Positions 34,990 to 46,003 of a stretch of DNA of 64,000 nt are shown one piece after another; positions within the stretch are counted from its first letter, which is position 1; each line of letters opens with the position of its first letter. The DNA is from a virus: positions 49,640 to 113,639 of IMG/VR virus record IMGVR_UViG_3300010885_026047; one strand, written 5' to 3'. A program made the translations under genes and the position numbers. The notes under the pieces are model-generated. The model saw only the letters and a program-made list of their open reading frames with translations. It ran no database searches and was not told the DNA's origin.

Positions 34990-37746
34990 ATGAGTATAGT
35001 TAGCGGCTACGAGTTATATAAGGGTAAAAAACTACCGGAGAATGACTACCCTACAAACAGTTTCTTCCAACCCTTGCAGTTCTTACCGAGTAAGTCTAAA
35101 GATAGCAGTTGGTATTGCCAGTGTCTGAATTACATAGACTGGCAGTCACTTATACAGTTAAGACGAAACGCTAACTGGATGATGAAAAACTACAAGTTAG
35201 CTATAGGTGAGATAGAAAAGAGTGATTATATACAACAGGATAGTGAGTATGCAGACATGATAGAGTCCTTAGACCAAAGGGCTGGAGGTGTTCTGGAGTC
35301 TATGGAGATCAAAAACTATAGTTTTGCCAACACAGTTATCAACATACTTGATGACGAGTTTGCTAAAAGGGTTTCTCACATGTCCTTTTCTGATGGTAGT
35401 CCACAGTGGGCTAATGACATGCTTACCCAGAAAAAAGAGGACATAGAGCAAGTACTGGAGCAAAAAGCTATGATAAACCAGATGCTGCAGATGCAGAAGA
35501 TGGGTATCGCTCCAGACAGTGACCAGGGTAAGCAGATGGTTGATCCAAACACTATCAAGTCCCTACCAGAGATACAGAAGTACTATAACAAGAGTTACCG
35601 GGATATATATCAACAGTGGGCCGAGAAACAGATGGTCTACGATAACGAAAGGTTCTGTATGCCTGAGTTAGAACGTGTCCAGTTCAGGAACATGTTGATA
35701 ACAGATAGAGAGATATGGCACTTTCGTATGATGGAAAACGACTACAACCTTGAAGTCTGGAACCCTCCACAAGTAGCTTACAGAAAGTCACCTGATGTAA
35801 GATACCTATCTGATGCTGCATGGGTATGTCATGTTACCTACCTGACAGTACCTGACTGTATAGACAGACATGGTTGGAAGATGAGTGAAGAACAATTACT
35901 CTCTTTAAACACTATACACGGAGCAAGATCAGCTACTTATGCACTTGATGGTAAAGAACCAGATCAGTACTGGAGAGGTGACCAAAGTTACGACTGGAAC
36001 AGAACAGGACCAGGTATAGGTATGAGACAAGCTTTATCTGTACTTGATAACGTATCTGGTTCCGGAGGTGATATAACTAGGGCCATCTTAAACCAGGGAG
36101 AAGACGTAGTAAACATCAACGGAGAGTTTATGGTTCGTGAGTCTACTATCTACTGGAAGAGTGAACGAAAGTTCTTTCACCTGACCAAGATAGATGATCA
36201 GGGGAACCAGATACAGGATATAGTAGGTGAAGACTACAAGGTTACCAGTAAACCTATGTACAATACAGTTCTCTATCCTGAAAAGTGTAAAGAAACTTTG
36301 ATATACGGAGAGCACTTAGATCCTTTGTGGTGTAACGAAACATGGGGAGGTATCCGTATAGGTACAAACGTTCCATCTATAGGTTGGCAGGGAACTTCTG
36401 CTACTTTTGCACCTATCTATCTGGGAACTACAGGACCAGTTCCATCAAGACTTCCGTTTCAGTTCAAAGGAGACAAGAACTTGTACGGAGCAAAACTACC
36501 TGTAGAAGGACGCATCTATAACGATCACAACACTAAGTCCAGAGCTTTCTTAGATAACCTGAAACCGTGGCAGATAGGTGTAAACATGACCATGAACCTT
36601 ATCGTGGATACTATGGTTAACGATCTGGGAGTTATAGCTGGTATAGATCCTAATGCTATAGCTAAACACTCTTTGGGAGAAGACTGGGGACCTAACATCT
36701 GGTCTGCTGCTATAACAGTAGCAAAGAACACAGGTACTATGCCCATAAACTCTGCAGGTAGGGGTTCTGATGGACAACCTATAGGACATGATCCTTTACG
36801 AAGAGTGGACTTATCTCAGACAGACAGGTTGATGGGTCTTATGAAGATAGCTGACTGGTTCAAAACAAATGGCTTAGACAGTGTAGGTTTAAACCCAAGA
36901 CGTACCGGAACACCTATAGGACAAGAAGCAACAGCTACTGAAGTTAAACAAGATGTAGCCAGTTCTTATAGCCATACGGAGTATCTCTTTACACAACATA
37001 GCGATGATGTTATGCCAAGAGTTCACCAAATGAGAACTGATCTTGCCCAGTACTATAACAGCACAAACCCATCTTTAAGACTACAGTATCTGACAGCTTC
37101 TGACGAACAGGTACTTTTCCAGATAGATGGAACTAAGCTACTAGGAAGAGACTTTAACTGCAAGAGCACAACTACAGTAAATGCCCGGTCTATCATGCAG
37201 AAGATAGAGCAGTTACTGATGACCGATAACACTTCCGGAGCAGACGTTTACGATAAGATAAAAGCTATCCAGACACCAAACTTATCAGCTCTAAACCAGG
37301 TAGTAGAACAGTTAGGTAAGAAGAAAGAACAAGAACAACAGGCTCAACAACAGGCAGAACAGCAACAAGCACAGGCAGAACAGCAACATCAGATGCAGAT
37401 GCTACAAGAGAAACAGCAGTTTGAAGCTGAAGAGAATGCTAAAAAGATACAAGCAGAGAACTATAGAGCAGAAATAGCAGCAGCGGCTAAAGCGGCTACT
37501 GGAAAACCTGCAGATGAGAGTGAAGGAGCTTACCAGGAAGCAACCAAGATGCAGCAACAACAACAGATGCACACTGATAAGATATCCCTGGAACGTAGCA
37601 AAGAAGCCAACAAGAACTCTTTAGAGACACAGAAACTGGCACTTGGTAAACAGAAGTTACAGTCTGAGGATGCCAGAACCCGTCAGGAACTTCAGGTAGC
37701 GAAGATCAACCAAAAGACCAAGGAGAAAGAGAAGACAAAGAAGTAA
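34990..37746 (+). CDS. Portal protein (crAss-like)
   Basis: 918 aa after terL; PLQFLP...K, NYKLA.G, LITDRE.WHF.M.E.DY..E.WNP, FQFKGD...YG.KLPVEG; Gln-rich C-terminal coil. Confidence 0.88.
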   Translation: MSIVSGYELYKGKKLPENDYPTNSFFQPLQFLPSKSKDSSWYCQCLNYIDWQSLIQLRRNANWMMKNYKLAIGEIEKSDYIQQDSEYADMIESLDQRAGGVLESMEIKNYSFANTVINILDDEFAKRVSHMSFSDGSPQWANDMLTQKKEDIEQVLEQKAMINQMLQMQKMGIAPDSDQGKQMVDPNTIKSLPEIQKYYNKSYRDIYQQWAEKQMVYDNERFCMPELERVQFRNMLITDREIWHFRMMENDYNLEVWNPPQVAYRKSPDVRYLSDAAWVCHVTYLTVPDCIDRHGWKMSEEQLLSLNTIHGARSATYALDGKEPDQYWRGDQSYDWNRTGPGIGMRQALSVLDNVSGSGGDITRAILNQGEDVVNINGEFMVRESTIYWKSERKFFHLTKIDDQGNQIQDIVGEDYKVTSKPMYNTVLYPEKCKETLIYGEHLDPLWCNETWGGIRIGTNVPSIGWQGTSATFAPIYLGTTGPVPSRLPFQFKGDKNLYGAKLPVEGRIYNDHNTKSRAFLDNLKPWQIGVNMTMNLIVDTMVNDLGVIAGIDPNAIAKHSLGEDWGPNIWSAAITVAKNTGTMPINSAGRGSDGQPIGHDPLRRVDLSQTDRLMGLMKIADWFKTNGLDSVGLNPRRTGTPIGQEATATEVKQDVASSYSHTEYLFTQHSDDVMPRVHQMRTDLAQYYNSTNPSLRLQYLTASDEQVLFQIDGTKLLGRDFNCKSTTTVNARSIMQKIEQLLMTDNTSGADVYDKIKAIQTPNLSALNQVVEQLGKKKEQEQQAQQQAEQQQAQAEQQHQMQMLQEKQQFEAEENAKKIQAENYRAEIAAAAKAATGKPADESEGAYQEATKMQQQQQMHTDKISLERSKEANKNSLETQKLALGKQKLQSEDARTRQELQVAKINQKTKEKEKTKK

Positions 37747-37766
37747 GCTTTAATACAACTATGTAG

Positions 37767-37794
37767 AAAGGGTTCCTAAAAAGGAGCCTTTTTT
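37767..37794 (+). terminator. Intrinsic terminator
   Basis: AAAGGGTTCCT-AAA-AGGAGCCTTT followed by T run. Confidence 0.75.
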
Positions 37795-37942
37795 AGTTTA
37801 AAGTGTGTTGTATAAAGAAAAACACTTATGAACTGATATAACCCTAAGCTATGGGATATTTCTATCTAGCCTCTGAAACATCCCTATCCGTATAGTTTGA
37901 TAGTTGTTCGATGTAGTTTTACATAGAACCAACCAATATCTT

Positions 37943-39268
37943 ATGTTTGACAACGTATTTGAAACTAATCAACAGTCAGCCGGTACAGATGTACTGGACG
38001 GTATCTTTGGTACAAGCGGTACTAATGATATCCTGATGGCTAAACCAGAGGATAAGAAAGCTCTTGAACAAAAAGAGATAGCTGCCAATGTTTTGAAAAA
38101 CGAAACACTGGACAAAGTTTTAGATAAGTCAGTTGAACAAGCTGCTGAAAACAAACTACTGAAAGAGAAAGAAGTAAAGACTGAACCTGTAGTAGTTGAC
38201 GATAAGAAAGTTAAAGATATACTGGACAGTGCTATAACTGAAACACTTAAAACTGTCGAAGTAGAAGAAACAGAAGAACAACCTACTGCAGGTCGTCCCA
38301 AGACTGAGAAGAACACACTGATCAGTTATCTGAAAAAGAAAATAGAAACAAACGACTACGGTCTTCCTGATACTATAGAGTTTGATGCTACCAAGCAGTC
38401 ACTTGATGATGTTCTGGCTAAACAGTCTGAAGAGTCTCTTCACTCTATACTAGATGCTAATTGGGCAGCTAAAGAGAAAGCTCTTATAGACCAGACACCT
38501 ACAGAGTTCTTTGAGTCACTTCCAGAGTCTTTACAGTATGCAGCTAAAGCAGTTGCTGCTGGTGCTGGAGAAGACCAACTACAGGATATATACAGGGCAC
38601 TTTTCTGGGTAGAACAAGTTAAAGCACTTGATGAACGTAACGAAGATCATCAACCTGCCATCATCCAGAACTATCTACAAGCTACTGGCTGGAAACAAGA
38701 AGCTATAGCTGAACAGATAGAAGAGTGGAAAGAGAACAACAAACTTGGAAAAAAAGCTGCTGAGTTCAAACCTATGTTGGACGAGATGCAGAAAGAACAG
38801 GTTGAAGGACAGATTCGTGCGCAGGAAGAACAGCGTAAACGAGAAGAACAACTAGCTAACTTCTACAGTGAAAACGTATATAAAACACTGGAAGGTAACC
38901 AGTTAGCTGGCGTAAAACTTGATAAAAAGTGGGCACGTCAACTGGCAGATAACATGACCAACACAGTTCAGTCTCCATGGAACGGACAACCTGTTAACTA
39001 CTTAGGTTATGGTTTACACAAGGCTCAGTTTGTAGAACCTGACTATGAAGCAGTTATGATAGCTGCCTGGGTTCTTAACGATAAGAAAGCAGCACTTGAA
39101 GCACTTGGTCAAAGATCAGCAAATGCTCAGGTAGAAAAAGATGTTAAACTGATAAAGGCCAACCAACCTGGTTTTGGTACATCCGGTCAACCTCAGATAG
39201 CAGAACCAAAAAAACAGATAAAACGTATCAACACTTCAAACGTACTAAAGCGTCCAAGTGTAGTATAA
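37943..39268 (+). CDS. Scaffold-like protein upstream of the capsid gene
   Basis: Acidic N-terminus, GRPK, EFFESLP..LQYAA; lies between portal and MCP. Confidence 0.75.
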   Translation: MFDNVFETNQQSAGTDVLDGIFGTSGTNDILMAKPEDKKALEQKEIAANVLKNETLDKVLDKSVEQAAENKLLKEKEVKTEPVVVDDKKVKDILDSAITETLKTVEVEETEEQPTAGRPKTEKNTLISYLKKKIETNDYGLPDTIEFDATKQSLDDVLAKQSEESLHSILDANWAAKEKALIDQTPTEFFESLPESLQYAAKAVAAGAGEDQLQDIYRALFWVEQVKALDERNEDHQPAIIQNYLQATGWKQEAIAEQIEEWKENNKLGKKAAEFKPMLDEMQKEQVEGQIRAQEEQRKREEQLANFYSENVYKTLEGNQLAGVKLDKKWARQLADNMTNTVQSPWNGQPVNYLGYGLHKAQFVEPDYEAVMIAAWVLNDKKAALEALGQRSANAQVEKDVKLIKANQPGFGTSGQPQIAEPKKQIKRINTSNVLKRPSVV

Positions 39269-39300
39269 CATAAAACATTCACAACTAAAACAAACACACA

Positions 39301-41040
39301 ATGGCAACTCCAGTCCAAAACCTCCAATCCACTTTCTTCGCAGATAAGTACTATGAGTTAGGTGGGTCACTAGACAGCTATCACCTCCGTAACATCCTGC
39401 AGAACGGTAAACCTGATGACTTGGGTATCATAGAGTACTGGTCACAGATGCAACAGACAGCAACTCCTCTCTACCTGATGAGTTCGTTTGGTGGTAAAAA
39501 CGTCCGTACTGTACAAGATGCTATGGGCAGGTATACGTGGAAGACTCCGGTTATAAATGACCTTCCACACATCACTCGTGACGTTAGTCCTTCTAATGTC
39601 AAGAAAGGTAAAGCCGGTCAACCTTTCCAGATAGCTCTTAACCGTAGAGCTTTTAGTTATACAGACGTTATCACTTACGATAAGATGTCCGGTCTGGAAA
39701 TGCGTGTATGTGACAATGAGATCATATCTCTTGGTAACAACGAGTTCCTATATACAGTACGGTTGATGAACAACAACAACGCTGCATACCTGGACAACAA
39801 GTATCTTGTACCTCAAACCTCTTTCTTCCGTAAGTACTCTGTCAAAGCCAATGACTATGGAGAGCGTTACAGTGAAGTGTATGTTCGTACAGGTCTCCGT
39901 GAGTACTACAACTTCGTAGGTGGAGGTGTGGCAACTGCTTCGTTCACAGTCAGTAACATGGCTGAGAGGATGATGAGGGCTACCTATAACGGAAAAACAG
40001 GTGGTATAGACCTTAAACCAAACAACAATGGTAAAAAAGGTATACCAGTTCGTGAGTTCTGGAAGATCAACGACTGGAAACAAGTATGGGCTAAAGACCC
40101 ATCTATCGTTTCTATACCTGATGCAGCTACCAAACTAGGTCAGGCTGGTATCATAGAAGGTCTGGAGAATGGTTGGTTGGATAGGTCTATAGTTACTTCT
40201 CTGGAACAGGCATGTATCACTAAACTTGTGGAAGATGTAGAGAACAACCTGATGTGGGGTCTTGGTGGACGTACCACTACAGATGGTCCAGATATGGTTC
40301 GTACTTCTGTAGGTCTGTGGAAACAGATGGATAACGCCTTTAAGACTGTTTACAACATCGGCACTTTCACACCAAACATACTGGAGAACCAGATATATAA
40401 CTTCTTCCGTGGGCGTGTTGACTTTGTGGGACCAGACCCAGAGCGTAAACTGATCGTACAAACAGGTCAGGCAGGTATGAGGCAGATGAACAACGCTATC
40501 AAACAGATGGCTATCAACTCCGGTCTTGTTATCAATGCTTCTGAAGTAGGGGCTATATCACATAACGGTGGTGGAGGCTCAGGTCTGATAACTAAGGGTG
40601 GAGACAGTCTTATACAGAGAGGTATGGATCTGGACTTCGGTTATGCTTACACCAGTTACACTATACCTTTCCTTGCAAACGTAAAGTTTGTCATCAACCC
40701 TGCACTTGACCCTATCCTGGCTAACGACATAGAAAACCCATGGGTAGACGGTTATCGCACAAGTTCTTACTGCTATATAGTATGGGACATCACCGATAAC
40801 CCTGAAGACAACATCTTCCTGATGAAAAAACAGACAGACGAAGATGACTTCCAGTGGTTCTACCAGAATGGTACAAGTGACTACATGGGTTCTACCAAGA
40901 ACTTCCAGTCAAGTGGTTTGTTCTCCGGGTTTAAAGTGTTCATGAGTATGGATCATAAGAGCCTACAAGTAATCGATAACACTAAATTACTTAAGGTGGT
41001 CCCATACAACGTTGTTACGAAATTGCCATTTGGCGGATAA
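39301..41040 (+). CDS. Major capsid protein (crAss-like)
   Basis: DSYHL, PLY.MSSFGGKN, D.E..LMWG.GG, SVGLW.Q.DN, LIVQTG..GM, FAYTSY.IPFLANVKFV.NPA.D-like segment. Confidence 0.92.
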   Translation: MATPVQNLQSTFFADKYYELGGSLDSYHLRNILQNGKPDDLGIIEYWSQMQQTATPLYLMSSFGGKNVRTVQDAMGRYTWKTPVINDLPHITRDVSPSNVKKGKAGQPFQIALNRRAFSYTDVITYDKMSGLEMRVCDNEIISLGNNEFLYTVRLMNNNNAAYLDNKYLVPQTSFFRKYSVKANDYGERYSEVYVRTGLREYYNFVGGGVATASFTVSNMAERMMRATYNGKTGGIDLKPNNNGKKGIPVREFWKINDWKQVWAKDPSIVSIPDAATKLGQAGIIEGLENGWLDRSIVTSLEQACITKLVEDVENNLMWGLGGRTTTDGPDMVRTSVGLWKQMDNAFKTVYNIGTFTPNILENQIYNFFRGRVDFVGPDPERKLIVQTGQAGMRQMNNAIKQMAINSGLVINASEVGAISHNGGGGSGLITKGGDSLIQRGMDLDFGYAYTSYTIPFLANVKFVINPALDPILANDIENPWVDGYRTSSYCYIVWDITDNPEDNIFLMKKQTDEDDFQWFYQNGTSDYMGSTKNFQSSGLFSGFKVFMSMDHKSLQVIDNTKLLKVVPYNVVTKLPFGG

Positions 41041-41067
41041 TTATATATGTTCTGCTATAAAAAGACT

Positions 41068-41095
41068 AACCCTACCAAGTGTAGGGTTTTTCTTT
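41068..41095 (+). terminator. Intrinsic terminator after MCP
   Basis: AACCCTAC-CAAGT-GTAGGGTT followed by T run. Confidence 0.75.
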
Positions 41096-41126
41096 GTGTA
41101 CTTACTAAAAATATATAAGTAAATAC

Positions 41127-41157
41127 TTGGAAAGATAACAGAAAGATGCTAACTTTG
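41127..41157 (+). promoter_or_regulatory. Bacteroidota-type promoter of the LAGLIDADG gene
   Basis: TTG-N20-TAACTTTG. Confidence 0.7.
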
Positions 41158-41178
41158 TTCAAACTAAAAACATTGAAC

Positions 41179-42096
41179 ATGGAAGAAGAAATAGTAAAGA
41201 AGCCAGTAAGTTCTCTAAAGAAGGTAAGCCAGGAAAGACGAGATAAAGTGATCGAACTACATGATGCCGGACACTCTCAAAACTATATCTCAACCGTACT
41301 ATCTATGACCTGCAGAACTGCTCAGGCTATCTTAGAAGCTAGTGGGAGAAAAAGAACGAGAAGTGAACAGAGTTACTTTCATCATAAAACATCTACACTA
41401 AAAGAAGATGCTTTTGATGTTATAGATACTGAAGAAAAAGCCTACTGGTTAGGTTTTATTTATGCTGATGGGTTTATAACTAACCCTAATGCCAAAAGTA
41501 GTAAAAAATATAATGTGGGCATACTTCTTAAAAAAGATGATATAGGACATTTGGAAAAGTTCAAACAGTTTTTAGATGCTCCTCAGAAGATAACACTTGG
41601 TACATCTACAATCAAGGGTATAGATAAGACTTACTATAACGCAAGGATAAACATAGGTTCTCAAAAGCTGCATAAAAAGTTGCAAAACTGGGGTATAACA
41701 TGGAACAAGAGTTATGATGCAAAACCTCCAGAGGAGATGAAGACTAACAGAGACTTCTGGAGAGGTGTAGTCGATGGCGATGGATACTTAGGTATAGTAA
41801 ACGATAAGAGTAGAGCGAAAGGGAGGAAGAGATTGCACTTATGTGGAACTATAGATATGGTACAAGGGTTTAAAGACTTTCTTGTAAGTAATGGTATAGG
41901 TACTACGTATGAAGTAGTTAGTGTAAGGGAGAGTATGCAGTATAAGATGGAAGTCAGTAGTACAATGGCTGAAAAGGCTGTAAAACTTCTTTATGAAGGG
42001 TCTACAGTTTACCTAGAGAGAAAATACCAACGCTATTTGGAGATCATAAAAGAAAACTCTAACTTTGAAACTCAAAAGGAACCATATGCCAGTTAA
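41179..42096 (+). mobile_element. Free-standing double-motif LAGLIDADG homing endonuclease with N-terminal HTH
   Basis: KAYWLGFIYADG and DFWRGVVDGDG, ending LY......LERKY. Confidence 0.85.
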
Positions 42097-43711
42097 AGAG
42101 AAGGAAACTCCAGAGCAAAAAGCTGTACGTATAGAGAAGTGGAAAGCTGACATGAAGTTGGCTAAAGAGCGAAAGAAGTTAGAGAAAGAGACGGAACAAG
42201 TAGAAGTTAAAGAGATGGGTATACCTTTAGACGTAAACACAGGGCAGCCTATTGCAGAAGTAGTAGAACTCGATATACCTGCAGATCTAAACTTACCTAA
42301 AACAGACCCAACTAAACAGTATAGAGACTTTCAAAAACTTCATAGAGGGGATCAGACAACGATAAGTCTGCAGGAGTTGCCTATAGAAGATATGATAAAA
42401 GCGAAAAGTGACTTGAACCTTCGTGAGGCAGAAGAGAAGTTACCGGGAGAGTCACCCATTCCTTTTATCCGAAAAAAAGTAGAAGATGTACAAAAAGGTT
42501 TGTTACAGGAGACAGAGAAAGCAATGTTTAAGTTATCAGAAGACCCACCTGTACCTTTTGTAGCAAAAGAAATGATACCAGTAAAGGAACCAACCAAACA
42601 GAACCATATGTCAGAAACAGCAGTACTCGAAGTAACAAAACCGCTCCTTTCAGAGATAAAGGGTCGTATAGCTATAAAACCTTATGTATCCGGTGAGGAG
42701 AACATGGGCCTGGAAGATGAGAACCAACCAGGGGGAGCTATGGTCATATCTCCAGATAGTCGTCAGTTAGATCGTATAGGATGTGAAGTAGTTAACGGTT
42801 TTATCACCTACTTTACAGGACTTAACGAACAAGCCAAAGAGGTACAGCTCCTGCCAGAAGCTAAAAAAAGAGCTAAGATAGCAACTATACGTCAGGTAGT
42901 AGCTTACCTGGAAAACTCTATAGCCAGTAACTTTAAAGTACGTGTAGAGACCTGCATGGATAACTTCGGTACTAAAGACGATAACTTCTGGGAGAACGTA
43001 ACCAAGTTCAGGAGTAGTGGTATGATACAAGTTGATCAGAAAGGGTCTCGTATACCTACCTACTGGGATGGTGTAGAAGTAGAGCTAAACAACGCTACTA
43101 AAGTACTTGATAAAAGTAACCCGAAAGACCTGATCATATACTATGCTATACAAGGACAAGGTTTAAGCCTTATAGCTCCAAGTTTAAACGCTGCTATAGA
43201 AGCAAGAGGTGCTTATAAGTGGTACTTAGACCAACCTGAAGAGACAGCAAACATACAGACAGAAAGTATCAAACTAAAGTATCAGGCTGCTGCAGCTTTG
43301 GAGACTATGCGTACCAGTGACGAAAACCGGTTGTTCTTGGTAAGTAAAATGGTTGCACTTAACAACTCTTCCTACTACAAACGTGGAGGTCCCGGATATA
43401 CCCCTATAAACTTCATGTATAAAGACATGAGTGACTATATAGAGGGAAAACGTGGAGAAGTATCTATAGCTGCTGTAGATAGGTTCTTAGAGTTCTATAA
43501 GATGCCTATAGACGAACTGATGTGGAGAGCTATCCTTAAAGATGCTGCAGAGTATCACTTACTGGATACCAAGGGTGATGGCAGGACTTACTACAAGAAC
43601 GAAGCTTTGGGTAAAACCATAGAAGATATCGTAGAGTATCTAAGCAGGTCTATAAACGAAAAAACAGCAGCAGATCTATCAAATGCGATAGAGAACGTTT
43701 GGGCTGAGTAA
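42086..43711 (+). CDS. Conserved crAss-like protein downstream of MCP, with charged N-terminal extension
   Basis: IKPY....NMGLE, Y.TGLNE.A.EV, IR..V..LE; possible internal start MSETAV near 42608. Confidence 0.75.
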   Translation: MPVKEKETPEQKAVRIEKWKADMKLAKERKKLEKETEQVEVKEMGIPLDVNTGQPIAEVVELDIPADLNLPKTDPTKQYRDFQKLHRGDQTTISLQELPIEDMIKAKSDLNLREAEEKLPGESPIPFIRKKVEDVQKGLLQETEKAMFKLSEDPPVPFVAKEMIPVKEPTKQNHMSETAVLEVTKPLLSEIKGRIAIKPYVSGEENMGLEDENQPGGAMVISPDSRQLDRIGCEVVNGFITYFTGLNEQAKEVQLLPEAKKRAKIATIRQVVAYLENSIASNFKVRVETCMDNFGTKDDNFWENVTKFRSSGMIQVDQKGSRIPTYWDGVEVELNNATKVLDKSNPKDLIIYYAIQGQGLSLIAPSLNAAIEARGAYKWYLDQPEETANIQTESIKLKYQAAAALETMRTSDENRLFLVSKMVALNNSSYYKRGGPGYTPINFMYKDMSDYIEGKRGEVSIAAVDRFLEFYKMPIDELMWRAILKDAAEYHLLDTKGDGRTYYKNEALGKTIEDIVEYLSRSINEKTAADLSNAIENVWAE

Positions 43712-43723
43712 AACTGATAACAC

Positions 43724-44431
43724 ATGCTTAACCAGTTGTTGCGTTTAAAACTTAAAAACAGAGTCAACAAACTTGACTCCTTAGACTATGGTCTGGTTGA
43801 GCCATGGATACAAGCTGAAGTTTTAAACAAAGCTCAGAGCGACTGGGTTAGGAGACAGTTGGAAGGAGTTAACCAGGAGAAAACAGGTAACGAAGCATCT
43901 ATCAGACGTATAGATGACCTACAACAACTACTCTCTACCTGGACTGGAAGTTTTACAGATAGAGGGCAGTTCTGGCAATCAGAGACTTGGCCCTCAAACT
44001 ATATGGAGTGGTGTCGTATAGATGTACAAGGACAGGATGACTGTAAGAAATGTCCTCCTCGGAACATGACGATCTTCATGGGTAACGAAGCAGATGTCTC
44101 TATATACCTATCCGATAAGTACAGAACTCCAAACTATGAATGGGCTACTACTTTTGCAACTGTAGCTAACAACACTTTTAAGATCTGGACAAATGACCAG
44201 TTTGATCTGGTAGACCCTTTAGTTACTTTCTATAGAGCACCTCAAACTATAGTTTTTATTGGAACTTTAGACCCTTACACAAACACTGTAAGTCCTGTAG
44301 ATATACCCTGTGAGTTTCCAGATAACATAGCTGAGATTATAGTAGATGAAGCTGCTGCTATACTTATAGGAGATATAGACGATTACATGAAGAATAAACT
44401 ACTGGTAGAACGAGCAGAACATAACACATGA
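43724..44431 (+). CDS. Head-tail connector / tail ring protein (putative)
   Basis: K.R.NKLDS.DY, NKAQ..WVRRQL.G.N, RRIDDLQ.LL, EWA.TF.T, E..VDEAA.I..GDI. Confidence 0.7.
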   Translation: MLNQLLRLKLKNRVNKLDSLDYGLVEPWIQAEVLNKAQSDWVRRQLEGVNQEKTGNEASIRRIDDLQQLLSTWTGSFTDRGQFWQSETWPSNYMEWCRIDVQGQDDCKKCPPRNMTIFMGNEADVSIYLSDKYRTPNYEWATTFATVANNTFKIWTNDQFDLVDPLVTFYRAPQTIVFIGTLDPYTNTVSPVDIPCEFPDNIAEIIVDEAAAILIGDIDDYMKNKLLVERAEHNT

Positions 44432-45216
44432 CCATGGCAGACTTTAACTTTAACTTAAAACCACCTGACTCCATACCTGGACAAGCTGCTTATGGAGCTT
44501 ATGGAGTATATGCTCTATGGAGACGAGTTAATGGTATAAGTACTAGTGGCGGAGGTGGAGGAACACCTTCTCTTACATCTACCTATATAGGATATGGAAA
44601 TAGCAGTAATCAACTTACCGGTAGTAGTGATTTCTACTATGATCCCACAAAAGAATTTATAGTTGGTTTTTCAGGAAAGCGGGTAATAAAAGCAAGTAGT
44701 GACACAATAATATTAGGAGACGTAGACTCCGCAGGACATAGCACTACATTGAGTATTAGTGATGCTTCTCAAAGTATAACTGTGGGTACTGGTGCTAAAA
44801 ATGTTGTAACTACTTTATCTAATATAACAGGGATTAGAACAAGAACAGAACCAGACAAGGACGGTACATATGCAATGACTTCTGATCTTGTTGGAACTAT
44901 AACTACTCCTGCATATGGTACTACTGTAGACCTATCTGCTGTAACAATGGTTGCTGGAGAGATAAGAGACATAGAGTTTTCCAGTTCTACAGGAGCAACA
45001 AGTGTACTACTTCCAACAGGAACCAAGGCTGCTATAGGAGCTATAGTTATAGTAGGCGATCTTCTTGCTATATCAAACACTAGTAACATAACTGTAGACG
45101 CAGGTACAAGTAACACTTTAAACTCTAACGTGATAGCACAAACAAAAGTTATGAACCAGGCAGGTAACTGTTGGACCTTCAAAAAAGTGAGTGCAACTCA
45201 GTGGAAACTTCAATAG
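44428..45216 (+). CDS. Virion structural protein, fibre-like
   Basis: Ser/Thr/Gly-rich; C-terminal beta domain ending W. Confidence 0.6.
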   Translation: MTMADFNFNLKPPDSIPGQAAYGAYGVYALWRRVNGISTSGGGGGTPSLTSTYIGYGNSSNQLTGSSDFYYDPTKEFIVGFSGKRVIKASSDTIILGDVDSAGHSTTLSISDASQSITVGTGAKNVVTTLSNITGIRTRTEPDKDGTYAMTSDLVGTITTPAYGTTVDLSAVTMVAGEIRDIEFSSSTGATSVLLPTGTKAAIGAIVIVGDLLAISNTSNITVDAGTSNTLNSNVIAQTKVMNQAGNCWTFKKVSATQWKLQ

Positions 45217-45217
45217 T

Positions 45218-45628
45218 ATGGCATATACGACAACTCCAACAAGCAATCCCCAGTGGATCAAAGTAGCTACCAAAACCTTTACTGACTTCAGTACTGCAGG
45301 AGCTACAAACACTATAGCTTCTGGGTATCTGTTACCAGCTAACGGAGTTATAACAGGTTGTCAGGTTATACCTACAGTAGCATTTTCTGGTGGAACTATA
45401 GCTACTTATACAATATCTGTAGGTATAGCAAGTAGTCATCTGAAATATGCTATAGCAACTAATGTGTTTACAGGTTTTTCTCTATCAACACCTAACGTTT
45501 TACCAGGCATAGAGAGTACAAGTGCAACAACTTCTATTACACTTACTGCAACTGCCACAGTCGGACTTTTAAACGCTTCCACTGCAGGTTCCGTAGATAT
45601 CTGGTTGCTTGTAAGTGTCCTAAGTTAG
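45218..45628 (+). CDS. Small beta-sandwich structural protein (decoration-like)
   Basis: LPANGVI......TVAF.G.....ISVG....TAGSV. Confidence 0.6.
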   Translation: MAYTTTPTSNPQWIKVATKTFTDFSTAGATNTIASGYLLPANGVITGCQVIPTVAFSGGTIATYTISVGIASSHLKYAIATNVFTGFSLSTPNVLPGIESTSATTSITLTATATVGLLNASTAGSVDIWLLVSVLS

Positions 45629-45669
45629 TGGCACTCTTTTACTACTTATAAACTATAAACATAAACAAT

Positions 45670-46002
45670 ATGCTACTATTAGATGTAGTAAGTATGAATA
45701 CCACAATAGCAGCTACATTAATGACAGCAGTTATAGGTTCTTTTACCTTTGTGATAACTTATTGGATAAAGTCTTCAGATGGTGATAAGAGACGTACTAA
45801 CGAACACATTATAAAGAAACTGGATGAGATAACCAGTAACCAGATACAGTTTGAACAAGAGATAAGACCTTTAGGTATACAGTTAGCGGAACATGCTATA
45901 GAGATAAAAAACATAAAGGAGAAAGTAGCTGAAACAAATAGATGGGTAGGTCTACATGACCAACAGATACAAGAGATACATAGAGCAGTAAAACGTACAT
46001 AA
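45670..46002 (+). CDS. Single-TM coiled-coil protein (holin/antiholin-like)
   Basis: N-terminal TM then coiled coil; first of three membrane genes. Confidence 0.55.
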   Translation: MLLLDVVSMNTTIAATLMTAVIGSFTFVITYWIKSSDGDKRRTNEHIIKKLDEITSNQIQFEQEIRPLGIQLAEHAIEIKNIKEKVAETNRWVGLHDQQIQEIHRAVKRT

Positions 46003-46003
46003 C

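Noticed and set aside
40900-42096. Group I intron or intein in MCP (also considered for terL and polB)
   Set aside because: MCP ends normally and is followed by a terminator and a separate promoter; no intein motifs or split frames were seen in terL or the visible part of polB.
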